Below, one piece after another: positions 36,331-46,622 of a stretch of 64,000 nucleotides of DNA. The number at the start of each line of letters is the position of its first letter. Positions within the stretch are counted from its first letter, which is position 1. Origin of the DNA: an uncultured Pseudomonadota bacterium (GTDB taxonomy: Bacteria > Pseudomonadota > Alphaproteobacteria > RF32 > CAG-239); the NCBI GenBank assembly GCA_949295995.1, contig CASFNK010000063.1, positions 73 to 64,072 on the forward strand, in the 5' to 3' direction. The position numbers and the translations under genes are program-made. The notes beneath the pieces are model-generated. The model ran no database searches. It was not told the origin of the DNA and was given only the letters and a program-made list of their open reading frames with translations.

Positions 36331-38793
36331 ATGTTTAAGACGTTATCTTCTCTGCTCAGCACGTTTTTCTTTTTTGCGGTAATAGCCGTAGTCTTGATTA
36401 TCACAACCTTATGGGAATATTCCGAACAACTACCGGACTATCATCAATTGGCAAAATACGAACCGGCCGTAACCACCCGTCTTTATGCCGGTGATGGTCA
36501 ATTATTGATGGAATATGCCGCCGAAAAGAGAATTTTTGTGCCCGTAGATAAGATACCCGATCAAGTCAAAAACGCGTTTATTGCCGCTGAGGATAAAAAA
36601 TTTTACTCACACTCTGGTATCGACTATGTCGGCATTATTCGTGCCATACTTGGAAATATCAAAAACATTGGCACGGGACGTCGTCCGGCGGGAGCCTCAA
36701 CCATCACTCAACAAGTAGCCAAAAACTTTTTGCTGAGCTCTGAATTATCTTATATTCGTAAACTCAAAGAAGCCATTTTAGCAACCCGTATGGAGCAAGC
36801 CTTCACCAAAGACCATATTTTGGAATTATACTTAAACGAAATCTATCTTGGTAATCGTTCTTATGGTGTCGCCGCCGCCGCATTGAATTATTTCGGCAAA
36901 TCATTGAATGAACTCACCATTGAAGAAATGGCATATTTGGCGGCTTTGCCTAAGGGACCGAATAACTATAATCCCAAAACCAAATACGATGCGGCTGTTG
37001 CACGTCGTAACTGGGTAATAGACCGTATGGTTGAAGATGAATATATCACCCCGGATGAAGGTGCTACAGCCAAGCAAAAGCCGCTTGTTACTATCACTCA
37101 AAATGCTGAATTTGTAAAAAGCGCGCAATATTTCAGTGAAGAAGTCAGAAGAGAAATCAGTGATAAATTTGGCTCTGATGCCCTGTATGAAGGAGGATTA
37201 ATTGTCCGAACCACCATTAATCCGAAATTACAGGAACTTGCCACTAAAGTCTTCCAGCAACAAATCAAAAATTATGATTTAAGACACGGTTGGCGTGGAC
37301 CTCTTACCAATATTGCCTTAAACGAAGACTATCAAAATGCGTTGAAAGAATTTAAAGCACCTGCCGGTGCGGATAAAACCTGGCAAAAGGCGATTGTTTT
37401 GAAAGTTGAAGCCAATCAAGCCGCGATAGAAACGGTTGATGGTCAACAAGGCATAATCCCGTTGCAACTTCTTTCTTGGGCGAGAAAAAATTTAGCCAAA
37501 CAAGGTATTGGCTATGCGCCCAAGTCCGTAACGGAAGTGTTAAAAGAAGGAGATGTTATCTTTGTTGAGCCTGCATCGGAAAAAGTCAAAACAAGCAAAA
37601 ATTTAGCAGCAAACAGCTACGAATTACGCCAAATTCCGGATGTTGAAGGTGCCTTGATTGTTATGGACCCGCATACCGGTAAAGTTTTGGCGGTAGTCGG
37701 AGGTTATTCTTTTGCCAAATCACAGTTTAACCGAGCCACACAGGCTTATCGTCAAACCGGTTCGTCTTTCAAGCCCTTTGTATATTTAACGGCGCTTGAA
37801 AACGGATACTCTCCGACGGATTTGATTTTGGACGCCCCGTTTGTACTTGACCAAGGAGCTGGGCAAAAACGTTGGAAACCGGAAAACTATACCAAGAAAT
37901 TTTATGGTCTGATGACCTTGCGCGAAGGAATAGAAAAATCGCGTAACCTGATGACGGTACGTCTGGCGCAAGATGTCGGTATGGATAAAGTATCTGAAAT
38001 GTCAAGACGCATTGGTGTTAACAAGAATTTGCCTGAATTGTTGTCAATGTCTTTGGGCGCGGGCGATACACGCTTAATAGATATGGCAAGTGCTTATTCG
38101 GTTTTGGTCAACGGCGGCAAAAAGGTTGAACCTTACTTTATTGAACGAATTCAAGACCGTAATGGTAAAACCATTTACAAGCACGACCAAAGAGAATGCA
38201 AAGGTTGCACGGCAGACAAATGGGATAATCAACCTATTCCAGAAATTGCCGACAACAGAGAACAAATCGTTGACCCGATGTCAGCATATCAAATGACTTC
38301 GATATTGGAAGGTGTTGCCGTTCGCGGTACCGGTGCACGCTTACGTCAGTTAAAACGCCACCTTGCAGGAAAAACCGGAACCACTAATGACAATAAGGAT
38401 GGTTGGTTTATGGGATTTTCTCCTGACTTGGTTGTCGGAACTTATGTTGGATTTGATAATCCACGCTCACTTGGACGTAGAGAAACCGGAGCCTCGGTTG
38501 CTTTACCGATATTCTATGACTATATGGCAGAAGCTCTCCAAGGACAACCGGACATTCCATTCCGTATTCCGCAAGGTATCAAATTGGTTCGTATCAACAG
38601 TAAAACCGGTAAACCGGCAACTCCAAACGATACCTCAGTAATTTTTGAAGCCTTAAAACCTGATTTTGATTTCAACAAAAACAAGCAACGGATTATCGGC
38701 GAAAGTGAGAAACCTGCACATTCTTTGGAAGATACAGCTAAAGTCTTTGGTGTGGATGAGAGTGATGATTTTCAAATGGGAACAGAGTATTAG
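36331..38793 (+). CDS. mrcA: Penicillin-binding protein 1A (bifunctional transglycosylase/transpeptidase)
   Basis: GT51 motifs EDKKFYSHSGID and RKLKE. Transpeptidase motifs SSFKP and KTGTT. 820 aa. Confidence 0.93.
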   Translation: MFKTLSSLLSTFFFFAVIAVVLIITTLWEYSEQLPDYHQLAKYEPAVTTRLYAGDGQLLMEYAAEKRIFVPVDKIPDQVKNAFIAAEDKKFYSHSGIDYVGIIRAILGNIKNIGTGRRPAGASTITQQVAKNFLLSSELSYIRKLKEAILATRMEQAFTKDHILELYLNEIYLGNRSYGVAAAALNYFGKSLNELTIEEMAYLAALPKGPNNYNPKTKYDAAVARRNWVIDRMVEDEYITPDEGATAKQKPLVTITQNAEFVKSAQYFSEEVRREISDKFGSDALYEGGLIVRTTINPKLQELATKVFQQQIKNYDLRHGWRGPLTNIALNEDYQNALKEFKAPAGADKTWQKAIVLKVEANQAAIETVDGQQGIIPLQLLSWARKNLAKQGIGYAPKSVTEVLKEGDVIFVEPASEKVKTSKNLAANSYELRQIPDVEGALIVMDPHTGKVLAVVGGYSFAKSQFNRATQAYRQTGSSFKPFVYLTALENGYSPTDLILDAPFVLDQGAGQKRWKPENYTKKFYGLMTLREGIEKSRNLMTVRLAQDVGMDKVSEMSRRIGVNKNLPELLSMSLGAGDTRLIDMASAYSVLVNGGKKVEPYFIERIQDRNGKTIYKHDQRECKGCTADKWDNQPIPEIADNREQIVDPMSAYQMTSILEGVAVRGTGARLRQLKRHLAGKTGTTNDNKDGWFMGFSPDLVVGTYVGFDNPRSLGRRETGASVALPIFYDYMAEALQGQPDIPFRIPQGIKLVRINSKTGKPATPNDTSVIFEALKPDFDFNKNKQRIIGESEKPAHSLEDTAKVFGVDESDDFQMGTEY

Positions 38794-38802
38794 GAAAGAC
38801 AA

Positions 38803-39904
38803 ATGCGTGCAGAATTAGTAGAGATAATTGGAGAGATAAAGCAGTCATTGGAGCTGCTGAGGAGGTCTCTTTGACTATGATAACGCTCTTATTCGGTTAG
38901 ATGAATTAACCTCTCTTAGTTCAGATTCAAATTTGTGGAATAATGCCGCCAAAGCTCAAAAGCTGATGAGTGAAAAAAACACCTTAGAAGAAAATTTAAG
39001 CAACTTCCAAGAGATGGAACATAACCTACAGGATTTATCTGATTTGGCGGAAATGGCCGAAGCCGAGAATGATGAAGCCACCGTTCAAGAATGTTTACAG
39101 CAACTCAGCCACCTCAAAGAGCAAACCAAAAGAGGAGAGCTGGAAGCACTCCTTTGCGGAGAGGTCGATGCCAATGACGCTTTCCTGGAGGTACATTCCG
39201 GCAGTGGAGGAACTGAGGCGCAAGACTGGGCGGAGATGTTGCTGAGAATGTACACCCGCTGGGCGGAAGACCATCATTATAAAGTAGAATATGTCGAAGA
39301 AACCGAAGGCGATGTTGCCGGTCTGAAATCTGCTACTATCAAAATTTGCGGACACAATGCTTACGGTTGGCTCAAATCCGAAAGCGGGGTACATCGTTTG
39401 GTTCGCATTTCACCGTTTGACAGCAACGCACGCCGCCATACCAGCTTTGCCTCTGTAGGGGTTTATCCTGTGATTGATGATGAAATTCACATTGAAATCA
39501 ATGAGGCGGATTGCCGTATAGACACCTATCGTTCATCTGGTGCCGGAGGACAACATATTAACAAAACCGATTCTGCTGTTCGAATTACGCATATTCCGAC
39601 CGGCATAGTAGTCTCTTGTCAAACGCAGCGTTCACAATTTCAAAACCGCGATGCCGCATGGAAAATGTTGAAAGCGCGCCTTTATGAAATTGAGCTGAAA
39701 AAACGCGAAGCCGAAGCTCAAGGCATACGGGATGCGCAGGGTGATAACGGCTGGGGCAACCAAATCCGTTCTTATGTCTTGCAACCCTATAAAATGGTGA
39801 AAGACTTGCGTACCGAAGCAGAGACATCAGATACCAAAGCGGTTTTGGATGGAGATATAGATTTATTTTTGTCGGCGGCATTAGCAGCCAAAGTGGGGAA
39901 ATAA
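38803..39904 (+). CDS. prfB: Peptide chain release factor 2, expressed through a programmed +1 frameshift
   Basis: Frame 0 is 38803-38871 (MRAELVEIIGEIKQSLELLRRSL), ending at an in-frame TGA. Frame +1 from 38873 joins the track ORF 38933..39904. SPF (ISPFDS) and GGQ (GAGGQH) motifs are present. Confidence 0.93.
38860..38875 (+). promoter_or_regulatory. RF2 autoregulatory frameshift site
   Basis: AGGAGG-TCT-CTT-TGA-C. This is an internal SD-like element 3 nt before the slippery CTT plus the weak stop TGA-C, with the same spacing as the classical E. coli site. Confidence 0.9.
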
Positions 39905-40782
39905 TGGAATTATTAAAAAAAATCGGTTGTTGGCTTTTAGGACTTTTTGCCAGTGCTTATCTTTTGACTTGCGGATTGGTATTGGTTGTTCCGCAACTTT
40001 TCTTTTACAATCCCTCGTCCACACCATCAGACATTACGCACGCTCACAAATATGGCTATCCGGCGCGTGAAGTAACCTATAATTCCACAGATGGCACACC
40101 TTTGTTTGCATGGTACACCAAGCCTCATTCCTCTCAAAATAAGGTGGTGATTTTTATGCATGGAAATTCTTATAACATTGAAGAATTCTACCATAAATTA
40201 AAAACCTTTGAAGAAGCAGGATACGGTACATTTTTGCCTGAATATCGAGGTTTTGGAGGTCTTCCCGGCACCATCACGCAAACCAATTTGGAAAACGATG
40301 CCATTGCGGCAGTTCAATACCTTCATTCGCAAGGTTATGAAAATGAAGATATCTATGTTTACGGAATGTCATTGGGTTCGCACATGGCTGTCAACAGTGT
40401 CTATAAATTGCAAAAAAAGAAACATCCTTTTGCGGGGCTGATTTTGGAAGTACCGTTTGATAGCCTGCTTAATGTTGCACAATTGGTTGTACCTATTCCA
40501 ATGCCATTTGAGGCTATCATGCGTGATAAATATGATAATTTATCAATGATTGGCGACATCGACGCCCCGATTCTGATTATGGGCGGAAGTATTGATACCA
40601 CTGTTCCCGTCGCTCTGGCGCAAAATTTGTATAATTATGCCTCCGAGCCCAAACAGATAATTATTTATGAAAACGGCAAACACAGTAATTTATTTAATTT
40701 CCGTAATGATTTGGATATATTGAGTTGGATGAAAGCCAATGAAAAAGGGTGGTTAAAGGTCAATGAAGAAAGTATCGACTAA
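39904..40782 (+). CDS. Membrane-anchored alpha/beta hydrolase
   Basis: N-terminal TM segment, oxyanion HGNS, nucleophile elbow GMSLGS. Confidence 0.75.
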   Translation: MELLKKIGCWLLGLFASAYLLTCGLVLVVPQLFFYNPSSTPSDITHAHKYGYPAREVTYNSTDGTPLFAWYTKPHSSQNKVVIFMHGNSYNIEEFYHKLKTFEEAGYGTFLPEYRGFGGLPGTITQTNLENDAIAAVQYLHSQGYENEDIYVYGMSLGSHMAVNSVYKLQKKKHPFAGLILEVPFDSLLNVAQLVVPIPMPFEAIMRDKYDNLSMIGDIDAPILIMGGSIDTTVPVALAQNLYNYASEPKQIIIYENGKHSNLFNFRNDLDILSWMKANEKGWLKVNEESID

Positions 40783-43700
40783 ATTATACATCACCCAAAA
40801 AATCATTGACTATATTGGGGTGGTATTTTTAAGTCTGCTGTTGCTTTTTATTTGGCAGCTTTATCGCGGACCGATAGAATTACCGTTTTTAAAACCTTAT
40901 ATGATTCGCGCGCTTAATCATGATGATTCACAATATAAGGTAAGTGTTGAAAGTGTGAATATTGAGTTGGTTCGTTCAATTCAGCCGATAAAGATTATCG
41001 CTAACAATGTTGTATATAAAAAATCAGACGAAAGTTTAATAATAAACGCACCAAAAACCTCTGTATCTTTTAGTATCCGAGCCTTATTAAGAGGTGTAAT
41101 TGCACCGAGTTCCATGGTGGTTAATAATCCGAGTGTTTATATCTTTAACACTTACGGAGTAGATAAGACTAAAACCGAAGAAGTGAACCAGAAGAAAATT
41201 GCTTATTATTTTGACGCCTTTGAGGATTTTATTGAACGTTTTAATTCCCACGATAATCTGTATCCCGAAAGCTATATAAATGAAATATCAATCCGTAATG
41301 CGGCGGTTGAACTGCACGAAGTTGATTTGGGACGCAAATGGGTGTTTACGGATGTGAATTATCATTTAGAGAGAAATCTCACCAATATTACGACAGAAGT
41401 AAACGCTCTGATAAAATTACGCAATCAAATAGCCTCGGTTGGACTTGAGGGTGAATATCGTACCTTAAACAACAAGTTGGCCTTAGATTTTTATTTTTCC
41501 GACTTGGTACCTGATGCATTGGCCGAAACATTTTTGGAACCACAAACCGCTAAAGAATTATATAAAATTAATTTACCCGTCAACGGGCGCATTTCAACAC
41601 TGATAAATTTCAATGAGGTGATAAAGCACAAAGATGATATAATGACCAGTGTGGATACCGCTTTTGAAAAAATTGCTTTTCAGTTTGAAGGCGGACAAGG
41701 CAACATTATCTTTAATGAGAATTCAGAATATAATTACGATGTTTCGGCCTTTTTACTGGAAGGGGATATTAATGGCGGGCTTAATAATATTCACATAAAT
41801 AATGCGAGTTTTGATTTAGGTGAACAAAAAGCCAAAATAGATGTAGCAATAACAGGTTTTAAGCAATATCTTCTAGCGGGAGCGCAAAAGGATTTAACAG
41901 TAAAAGTTTCCACTTTCATCAAAGAAATAAAGTTTGATGACCTCTATAAATACTGGCCGAAATATATTTCGGAGGATGCTTGGAGTTGGTGTGAAGATAG
42001 CCTATATGGTGGGAAAATCGCAGATGCAAAATTTACTTTTAGCTTTGGTTGGGATGAAAAAGCCAAAGCCTTTAGTTTAACCGATTTGGACGGTCAGGGC
42101 AATATTATTGATACGAATTTGAATTATCTGCGCGGTATGCCCGATATTGCCAATTTATACGGTCAAGCCCACTTTAGTAAAGATACGATAAAAATAAATG
42201 TCGATAAAGGAGCCTCAAAGGGAGTTATTTTAACAGGCGGTTATGTTCGTCTCTATGATTTGGATAAATATAATAATTACGCCGATATTGATTTGGAGCT
42301 TAATTCCAGCGTGAGTGATGCTTTACGTTTAATTGATAATCCGCCTTTAGGCTATACTTCGGAAATGGGGTTGAAACCAGACGCTATCATAGGGGAAGCC
42401 GACACCAAATTAAAATTAAATTTTGAATTAAAAAATGACCTCGACACCGATGAAGTAAAAGTACAAGTTTTGTCTGATTTGAAAAATGTGCGTTTTCCGA
42501 AAGTATTTCAAGACAAAACATTAACAGCAGATTCATTAGTCTTGAAGGTCAACAATCAAGGTCTTTCTTTGACAGGAGATGCCAAGCTGGAAAATATCCC
42601 CTTACAATTGGTATGGAATGAAAATTTCTCAGCGAAAAAATATCAAAGCCGGTATAAATTAGCCTTTAAATTTAACAATGCCGCCAAACAAACCTTAGGG
42701 GTAGATACCTCAATTTTGAACCCTCCTTATGTGGATGGCTACGCGATGATAGATTCGGAAATTACGGTTTATGATGATTCCAAGACATCAATAAGCCTTA
42801 ATGCGCAACTGGATAAAATGGCGGTTGATTTTTCGTTTTTAGGTTTTAAGAAGAATTTGGATGTTCCCGGCAATTTAACCATGAATTTAGATTTATATAA
42901 CAATAAACTGGTATCGATACCGCAATTTTCTTTGTTTAAGAACGATTTTAAGCTATCAGGTAAAGTAGAATTAGATTCTCAGGGAAACATGAAGACGGTT
43001 GACATTAGTGAGATAAAGGGTCCGAAAACATCAGCTAAAGCGAGAATAGATTTTAGTTATACGCCTAAGAAAATGGTCAAGATTAATGTTTCTGGAGCAA
43101 GCTACGATTTGACGCCGTTTTTTGAAAGAAATGAGAATAAAATAAAGATAGATAAAAATACGGTAGTCGCGAGTACGGAAGAAGACGATGAGTTAGAAAA
43201 AGTTACCGATACGGATGTATTTATTGCCGTAAATAGCTTATGGACCAATCCTCAAATGCCGATAACCAATTTTGCAGGCTCCGCCCAGCTCAGAAACGGG
43301 ATAGGGGTTAATGAAATTCACTTGATAGGGAACTTCAGTAACAATCAACAAAAACGTATTAAGTTTGATTATGTTCCGCGTCCGAATAATGAATTTTTGC
43401 TCTCAGTAGATAGTAATGACGCCGGTTCGACGTTAAAGGCTTTAAGGGTATATGACAATATGCAGAATGGTATTATTCAGATTGAAGCCCGTCGCGCCAA
43501 AGACAAAACCTTTATCGGGCATGCCAAGATACGCAACTTTAGTATTTATAATACTCCGGTTATAGCCAAATTACTGACTGTTGCCTCATTCAGCGGTATG
43601 GTAGATTTATTAAAAGGAGAGGGGTTAAAATTCTCACATCTGGACGCACCGTTTGAGTATCAAAACAAACAACTTCGCCTCAAAGACGCCAAAGCCTTTG

Positions 43701-43987
43701 GTGATGTTGTAGGAATTACGGCGACCGGAACTTACGACCGCCGGTTTGACGAGGTGAATGTCAATGGGGTTATTGCGCCGGCATATAGTCTGAATACGAT
43801 GTTGGGTAAAATACCTTTAGTAGGGAGCCTATTGGTCGGAAAGGACGGCACGGTTTTTGCGGCAAATTATACGGTAACCGGCAATTTAGAAGATGCTGAT
43901 ATTGATATTAACCCATTATCGGCATTAAGTCCGAGCTCACTGAAAGATAAATTAAACGAACTGTTTGGAAATGATAATGACAACTGA
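40763..43987 (+). CDS. AsmA/YhdP-like giant envelope protein (DUF3971-type)
   Basis: 1074 aa with a single N-terminal TM helix, a long beta-rich body and a conserved-looking C-terminal block (VNVNGVIAPAYSLN...GKDGTVFAANYTVTG). Confidence 0.65.
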   Translation: MKKVSTKLYITQKIIDYIGVVFLSLLLLFIWQLYRGPIELPFLKPYMIRALNHDDSQYKVSVESVNIELVRSIQPIKIIANNVVYKKSDESLIINAPKTSVSFSIRALLRGVIAPSSMVVNNPSVYIFNTYGVDKTKTEEVNQKKIAYYFDAFEDFIERFNSHDNLYPESYINEISIRNAAVELHEVDLGRKWVFTDVNYHLERNLTNITTEVNALIKLRNQIASVGLEGEYRTLNNKLALDFYFSDLVPDALAETFLEPQTAKELYKINLPVNGRISTLINFNEVIKHKDDIMTSVDTAFEKIAFQFEGGQGNIIFNENSEYNYDVSAFLLEGDINGGLNNIHINNASFDLGEQKAKIDVAITGFKQYLLAGAQKDLTVKVSTFIKEIKFDDLYKYWPKYISEDAWSWCEDSLYGGKIADAKFTFSFGWDEKAKAFSLTDLDGQGNIIDTNLNYLRGMPDIANLYGQAHFSKDTIKINVDKGASKGVILTGGYVRLYDLDKYNNYADIDLELNSSVSDALRLIDNPPLGYTSEMGLKPDAIIGEADTKLKLNFELKNDLDTDEVKVQVLSDLKNVRFPKVFQDKTLTADSLVLKVNNQGLSLTGDAKLENIPLQLVWNENFSAKKYQSRYKLAFKFNNAAKQTLGVDTSILNPPYVDGYAMIDSEITVYDDSKTSISLNAQLDKMAVDFSFLGFKKNLDVPGNLTMNLDLYNNKLVSIPQFSLFKNDFKLSGKVELDSQGNMKTVDISEIKGPKTSAKARIDFSYTPKKMVKINVSGASYDLTPFFERNENKIKIDKNTVVASTEEDDELEKVTDTDVFIAVNSLWTNPQMPITNFAGSAQLRNGIGVNEIHLIGNFSNNQQKRIKFDYVPRPNNEFLLSVDSNDAGSTLKALRVYDNMQNGIIQIEARRAKDKTFIGHAKIRNFSIYNTPVIAKLLTVASFSGMVDLLKGEGLKFSHLDAPFEYQNKQLRLKDAKAFGDVVGITATGTYDRRFDEVNVNGVIAPAYSLNTMLGKIPLVGSLLVGKDGTVFAANYTVTGNLEDADIDINPLSALSPSSLKDKLNELFGNDNDN

Positions 43988-44465
43988 GCGTTTTTTGAAA
44001 ATAGGATTAGATTTTCATGGTGTGATTAATCGCCACCCCTCTTATTTTAAAGATTTTACGGAAATGGCCACTTCCAGAGGGCATAAAATATATATTATAA
44101 CCGGAGGACCTGCCGAAAAAATAGCCTGCTTTTTGAAAGGTTGGGGAATACGTTATAATGAGCTTTTTGCCATAATGGATTACTATGCGGCAAAAGGAGA
44201 AATTAAATTTTTTCCCGATGGAAGTTTCCACGTCGATGATAAGTTGTGGAACACGGCCAAGGCCAAATTTTGCAAAAAATACCAGATAGATATTCATATT
44301 GACGATTCGGATGTTTACGGACAAAGTTTTTCCACGCCTTACTGTCAGTATGATGAGAAGAGCGGTATCTGCATGATTGATAACAAATACAAGCTCAATT
44401 TGTCATTACCGCCAGAAGAGGCTGTTATTCAATTGGAAAGAATATTATCTAAACTTGAGAATTAG
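43965..44465 (+). CDS. Hypothetical HAD-like small protein
   Basis: 166 aa. GLDFHGVI resembles a degenerate HAD motif I, and a later DDS resembles motif IV. It overlaps the preceding gene by 23 nt. Confidence 0.4.
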   Translation: MEMIMTTERFLKIGLDFHGVINRHPSYFKDFTEMATSRGHKIYIITGGPAEKIACFLKGWGIRYNELFAIMDYYAAKGEIKFFPDGSFHVDDKLWNTAKAKFCKKYQIDIHIDDSDVYGQSFSTPYCQYDEKSGICMIDNKYKLNLSLPPEEAVIQLERILSKLEN

Positions 44466-45108
44466 CCTTCTTTTTAGCTTGATAAATGTCAAATTTTTCT
44501 TCTGCCCAAGTAACATCAGACTTAACCAATCGAGCGGGATTCCCTGCATAAATCGAGTGGCTTTCGGTCAAATCTTTAGTAACAATACTTCCCGCCGCAA
44601 CAATCACATCATCGGCAATTGTATTATTTTTGAGAACCATCACTCTTTCTCCAATCCACACATGATTACCGATAGAAATTTCTTTTCCTTGGTTAATGGC
44701 ATTCATTGTGTTGATATCAATAATACTGTGAAAATCTGACACATATAGTCTGGTATCTTTAGCCGCCATAAATTCATCTCCCAGAGTAAGGGAGCTTCCT
44801 TTTTCCCATAAGCCGCATTCTGTACCTCTGAAAATACAATTTTTTCCGATTTTGATTTGAGTATTATCGGTATCAATAATAATTTTTAGGGAGCCCCAAC
44901 ACCCTTCATCAATAGAAATGGAGTTATTGGAACCGTTAATAATGAGTTCTAATTTATAGAATTGGTTATTAGAATGAATATTCAGGACATTATTGTTGCC
45001 GATAATTTTTACGGGACTACGATCATAAAAACCATTGCCCTTTATTTTGGGCGATAGAATTTGATTGTTTACACCTTTAATTTTGATGAGTTTTTTAAAG
45101 AGTTTCAT
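44449..45108 (-). CDS. Left-handed beta-helix (hexapeptide-repeat) acyl/acetyltransferase, paralog 2
   Basis: IGNHVWIGERVMVLKNNTIADDVIVAAGSIVTKD hexapeptide repeats. It is a paralog of the upstream gene. Confidence 0.75.
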   Translation of the reverse strand: MKLFKKLIKIKGVNNQILSPKIKGNGFYDRSPVKIIGNNNVLNIHSNNQFYKLELIINGSNNSISIDEGCWGSLKIIIDTDNTQIKIGKNCIFRGTECGLWEKGSSLTLGDEFMAAKDTRLYVSDFHSIIDINTMNAINQGKEISIGNHVWIGERVMVLKNNTIADDVIVAAGSIVTKDLTESHSIYAGNPARLVKSDVTWAEEKFDIYQAKKKANSQV

Positions 45109-45763
45109 GTTTTGTATCTTTCCAGTTAATCAAGGCTTGGTCATAAGCCTCTTCCACCCAGTCAATATTTGTTTTCTTGCAGCTTGCAGGGTTTCCCGCA
45201 AACATAGCATGCTCAGTAGTCAAATCTTTGGTAACAATAGCCCCGATAGCAATAATAACATTATCGCATATATGACAGTTTTTCAAAATTTTGACGGCTT
45301 CTCCGAGCCACACATGATTTCCGATAATAATTTCTTTCCCTTGGTTAAGAGGCATTTTTGATAAGGGGTCAATCACCGCGTGAAAATCGGAGCAATAAAG
45401 CCTTGTTTCTTTGGCAAACATACAGCCTTCGCCAATAATAACCTGACTGTTATTTTCTTGCAAAACAATATCGGTTCCCATAAAGCCGGTTCTAAGCCCG
45501 ACTTTGACTAAAGTATTTGATGCTCTGATATCCAAATGCAGTTTTCCGTAACAACCCGCCGGCAAAATGACGACGTTGTTATTACCCGTAATATTAATGT
45601 CTGTAAATTTCAGATAGTTAGGACCTCCGATGTCAACTTTATTATTGTTGCCATCAATTTTAAGGGAACCGTATTTCAAAAGTTCGTTGCGGCAATCTTT
45701 GGGAGTAATAAAGGAGTTATTTTCGCCCTTGATAATGAATCTCTTTTTTCGAAAGAACCTCAT
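45095..45763 (-). CDS. Left-handed beta-helix (hexapeptide-repeat) acyl/acetyltransferase, paralog 1
   Basis: IGNHVWLGEAVKILKNCHICDNVIIAIGAIVTKD. It overlaps paralog 2 by 14 nt. Confidence 0.75.
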   Translation of the reverse strand: MRFFRKKRFIIKGENNSFITPKDCRNELLKYGSLKIDGNNNKVDIGGPNYLKFTDINITGNNNVVILPAGCYGKLHLDIRASNTLVKVGLRTGFMGTDIVLQENNSQVIIGEGCMFAKETRLYCSDFHAVIDPLSKMPLNQGKEIIIGNHVWLGEAVKILKNCHICDNVIIAIGAIVTKDLTTEHAMFAGNPASCKKTNIDWVEEAYDQALINWKDTKHETL

Positions 45764-46002
45764 AAGATTTTATCTCCCAAGCATTTACAAGCATAGTCGC
45801 GATAGAGCCGCAAATGATTCTGTAAGACATTGCAATGAGACAAATTTGTTCTCTGCTTTGCAATTTCCTTAGTGTACTTATAGCAAATTCTATCCAAGGA
45901 GGGCAAGCAAGAAATATCACTTTTGATAGGGAATATGTCAAATTTTAATTCTTTCGCCCAAAGAGCTTTAAGACTTAAATAAAAATAACCTTTATCAGTC
46001 AT
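45760..46002 (-). CDS. Hypothetical Cys-rich 80-aa protein
   Basis: Its start overlaps the repressor stop (TAATG) and its stop overlaps the next start (ATGA). No motif recognised. Confidence 0.4.
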   Translation of the reverse strand: MTDKGYFYLSLKALWAKELKFDIFPIKSDISCLPSLDRICYKYTKEIAKQRTNLSHCNVLQNHLRLYRDYACKCLGDKIL

Positions 46003-46622
46003 TATTGTTCAGCCCAAACGATTCGATTAATGAGTCTGATATCATTTATTTTGACCTGTGTTTCCTGGCTTGGATTTAATATATCGCCAAAAACGATTGT
46101 GGAAGTAGTACGGTGTTTAAATTCTTTAATTAAAGGATTTTTATTATGAAGCAACACAATGACGCGGTCCCCTTTTCTGACTTCGAGATCTTTAGTTGCC
46201 ACCAAAGTACTTCCTTTACGGTAAAGAGGTTCAAAATCGGCCGTGTCCAAATTAATTGCATAGAGGTTTACGCTACTGTCCGGAAATTGAACCTTATCCC
46301 ACTTTTCCGTAAGCAGTTTAGATGTTTTGATTGAGGCATGAGTAGATAAATCTGAATAAGTAACAAAAGGAATACCATTAGGTTTAGGAGTTAAATCTTC
46401 ATCAATGAGTTGATAGAATTGCTCAAAAGAAATATTGCAAGCCTCCAAAATTTTATTAATGCTGTCAAGGGAAGGCCAGCGTTTTTTTCCATCATGACGC
46501 ATACGTTTGCTTTTGTTGAAAGTTGTAGCATCCAGACCGGCTTTTTTAGCCAAGCCCGAAGGGGATAGACCATGTAATTTTGCCAACTTATCAACAGCAT
46601 CCCAAACTTGTTCGTATTCCAT
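46002..46622 (-). CDS. CI/LexA-like repressor: HTH plus an S24-peptidase-like C-terminal domain
   Basis: N-terminal HTH (LSPSGLAKKAGLDATTFNKSKR). The C-terminal beta domain aligns by eye to the LexA/CI cleavage domain (RKGDRVIVLL...LIKEF). Confidence 0.8.
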   Translation of the reverse strand: MEYEQVWDAVDKLAKLHGLSPSGLAKKAGLDATTFNKSKRMRHDGKKRWPSLDSINKILEACNISFEQFYQLIDEDLTPKPNGIPFVTYSDLSTHASIKTSKLLTEKWDKVQFPDSSVNLYAINLDTADFEPLYRKGSTLVATKDLEVRKGDRVIVLLHNKNPLIKEFKHRTTSTIVFGDILNPSQETQVKINDIRLINRIVWAEQ

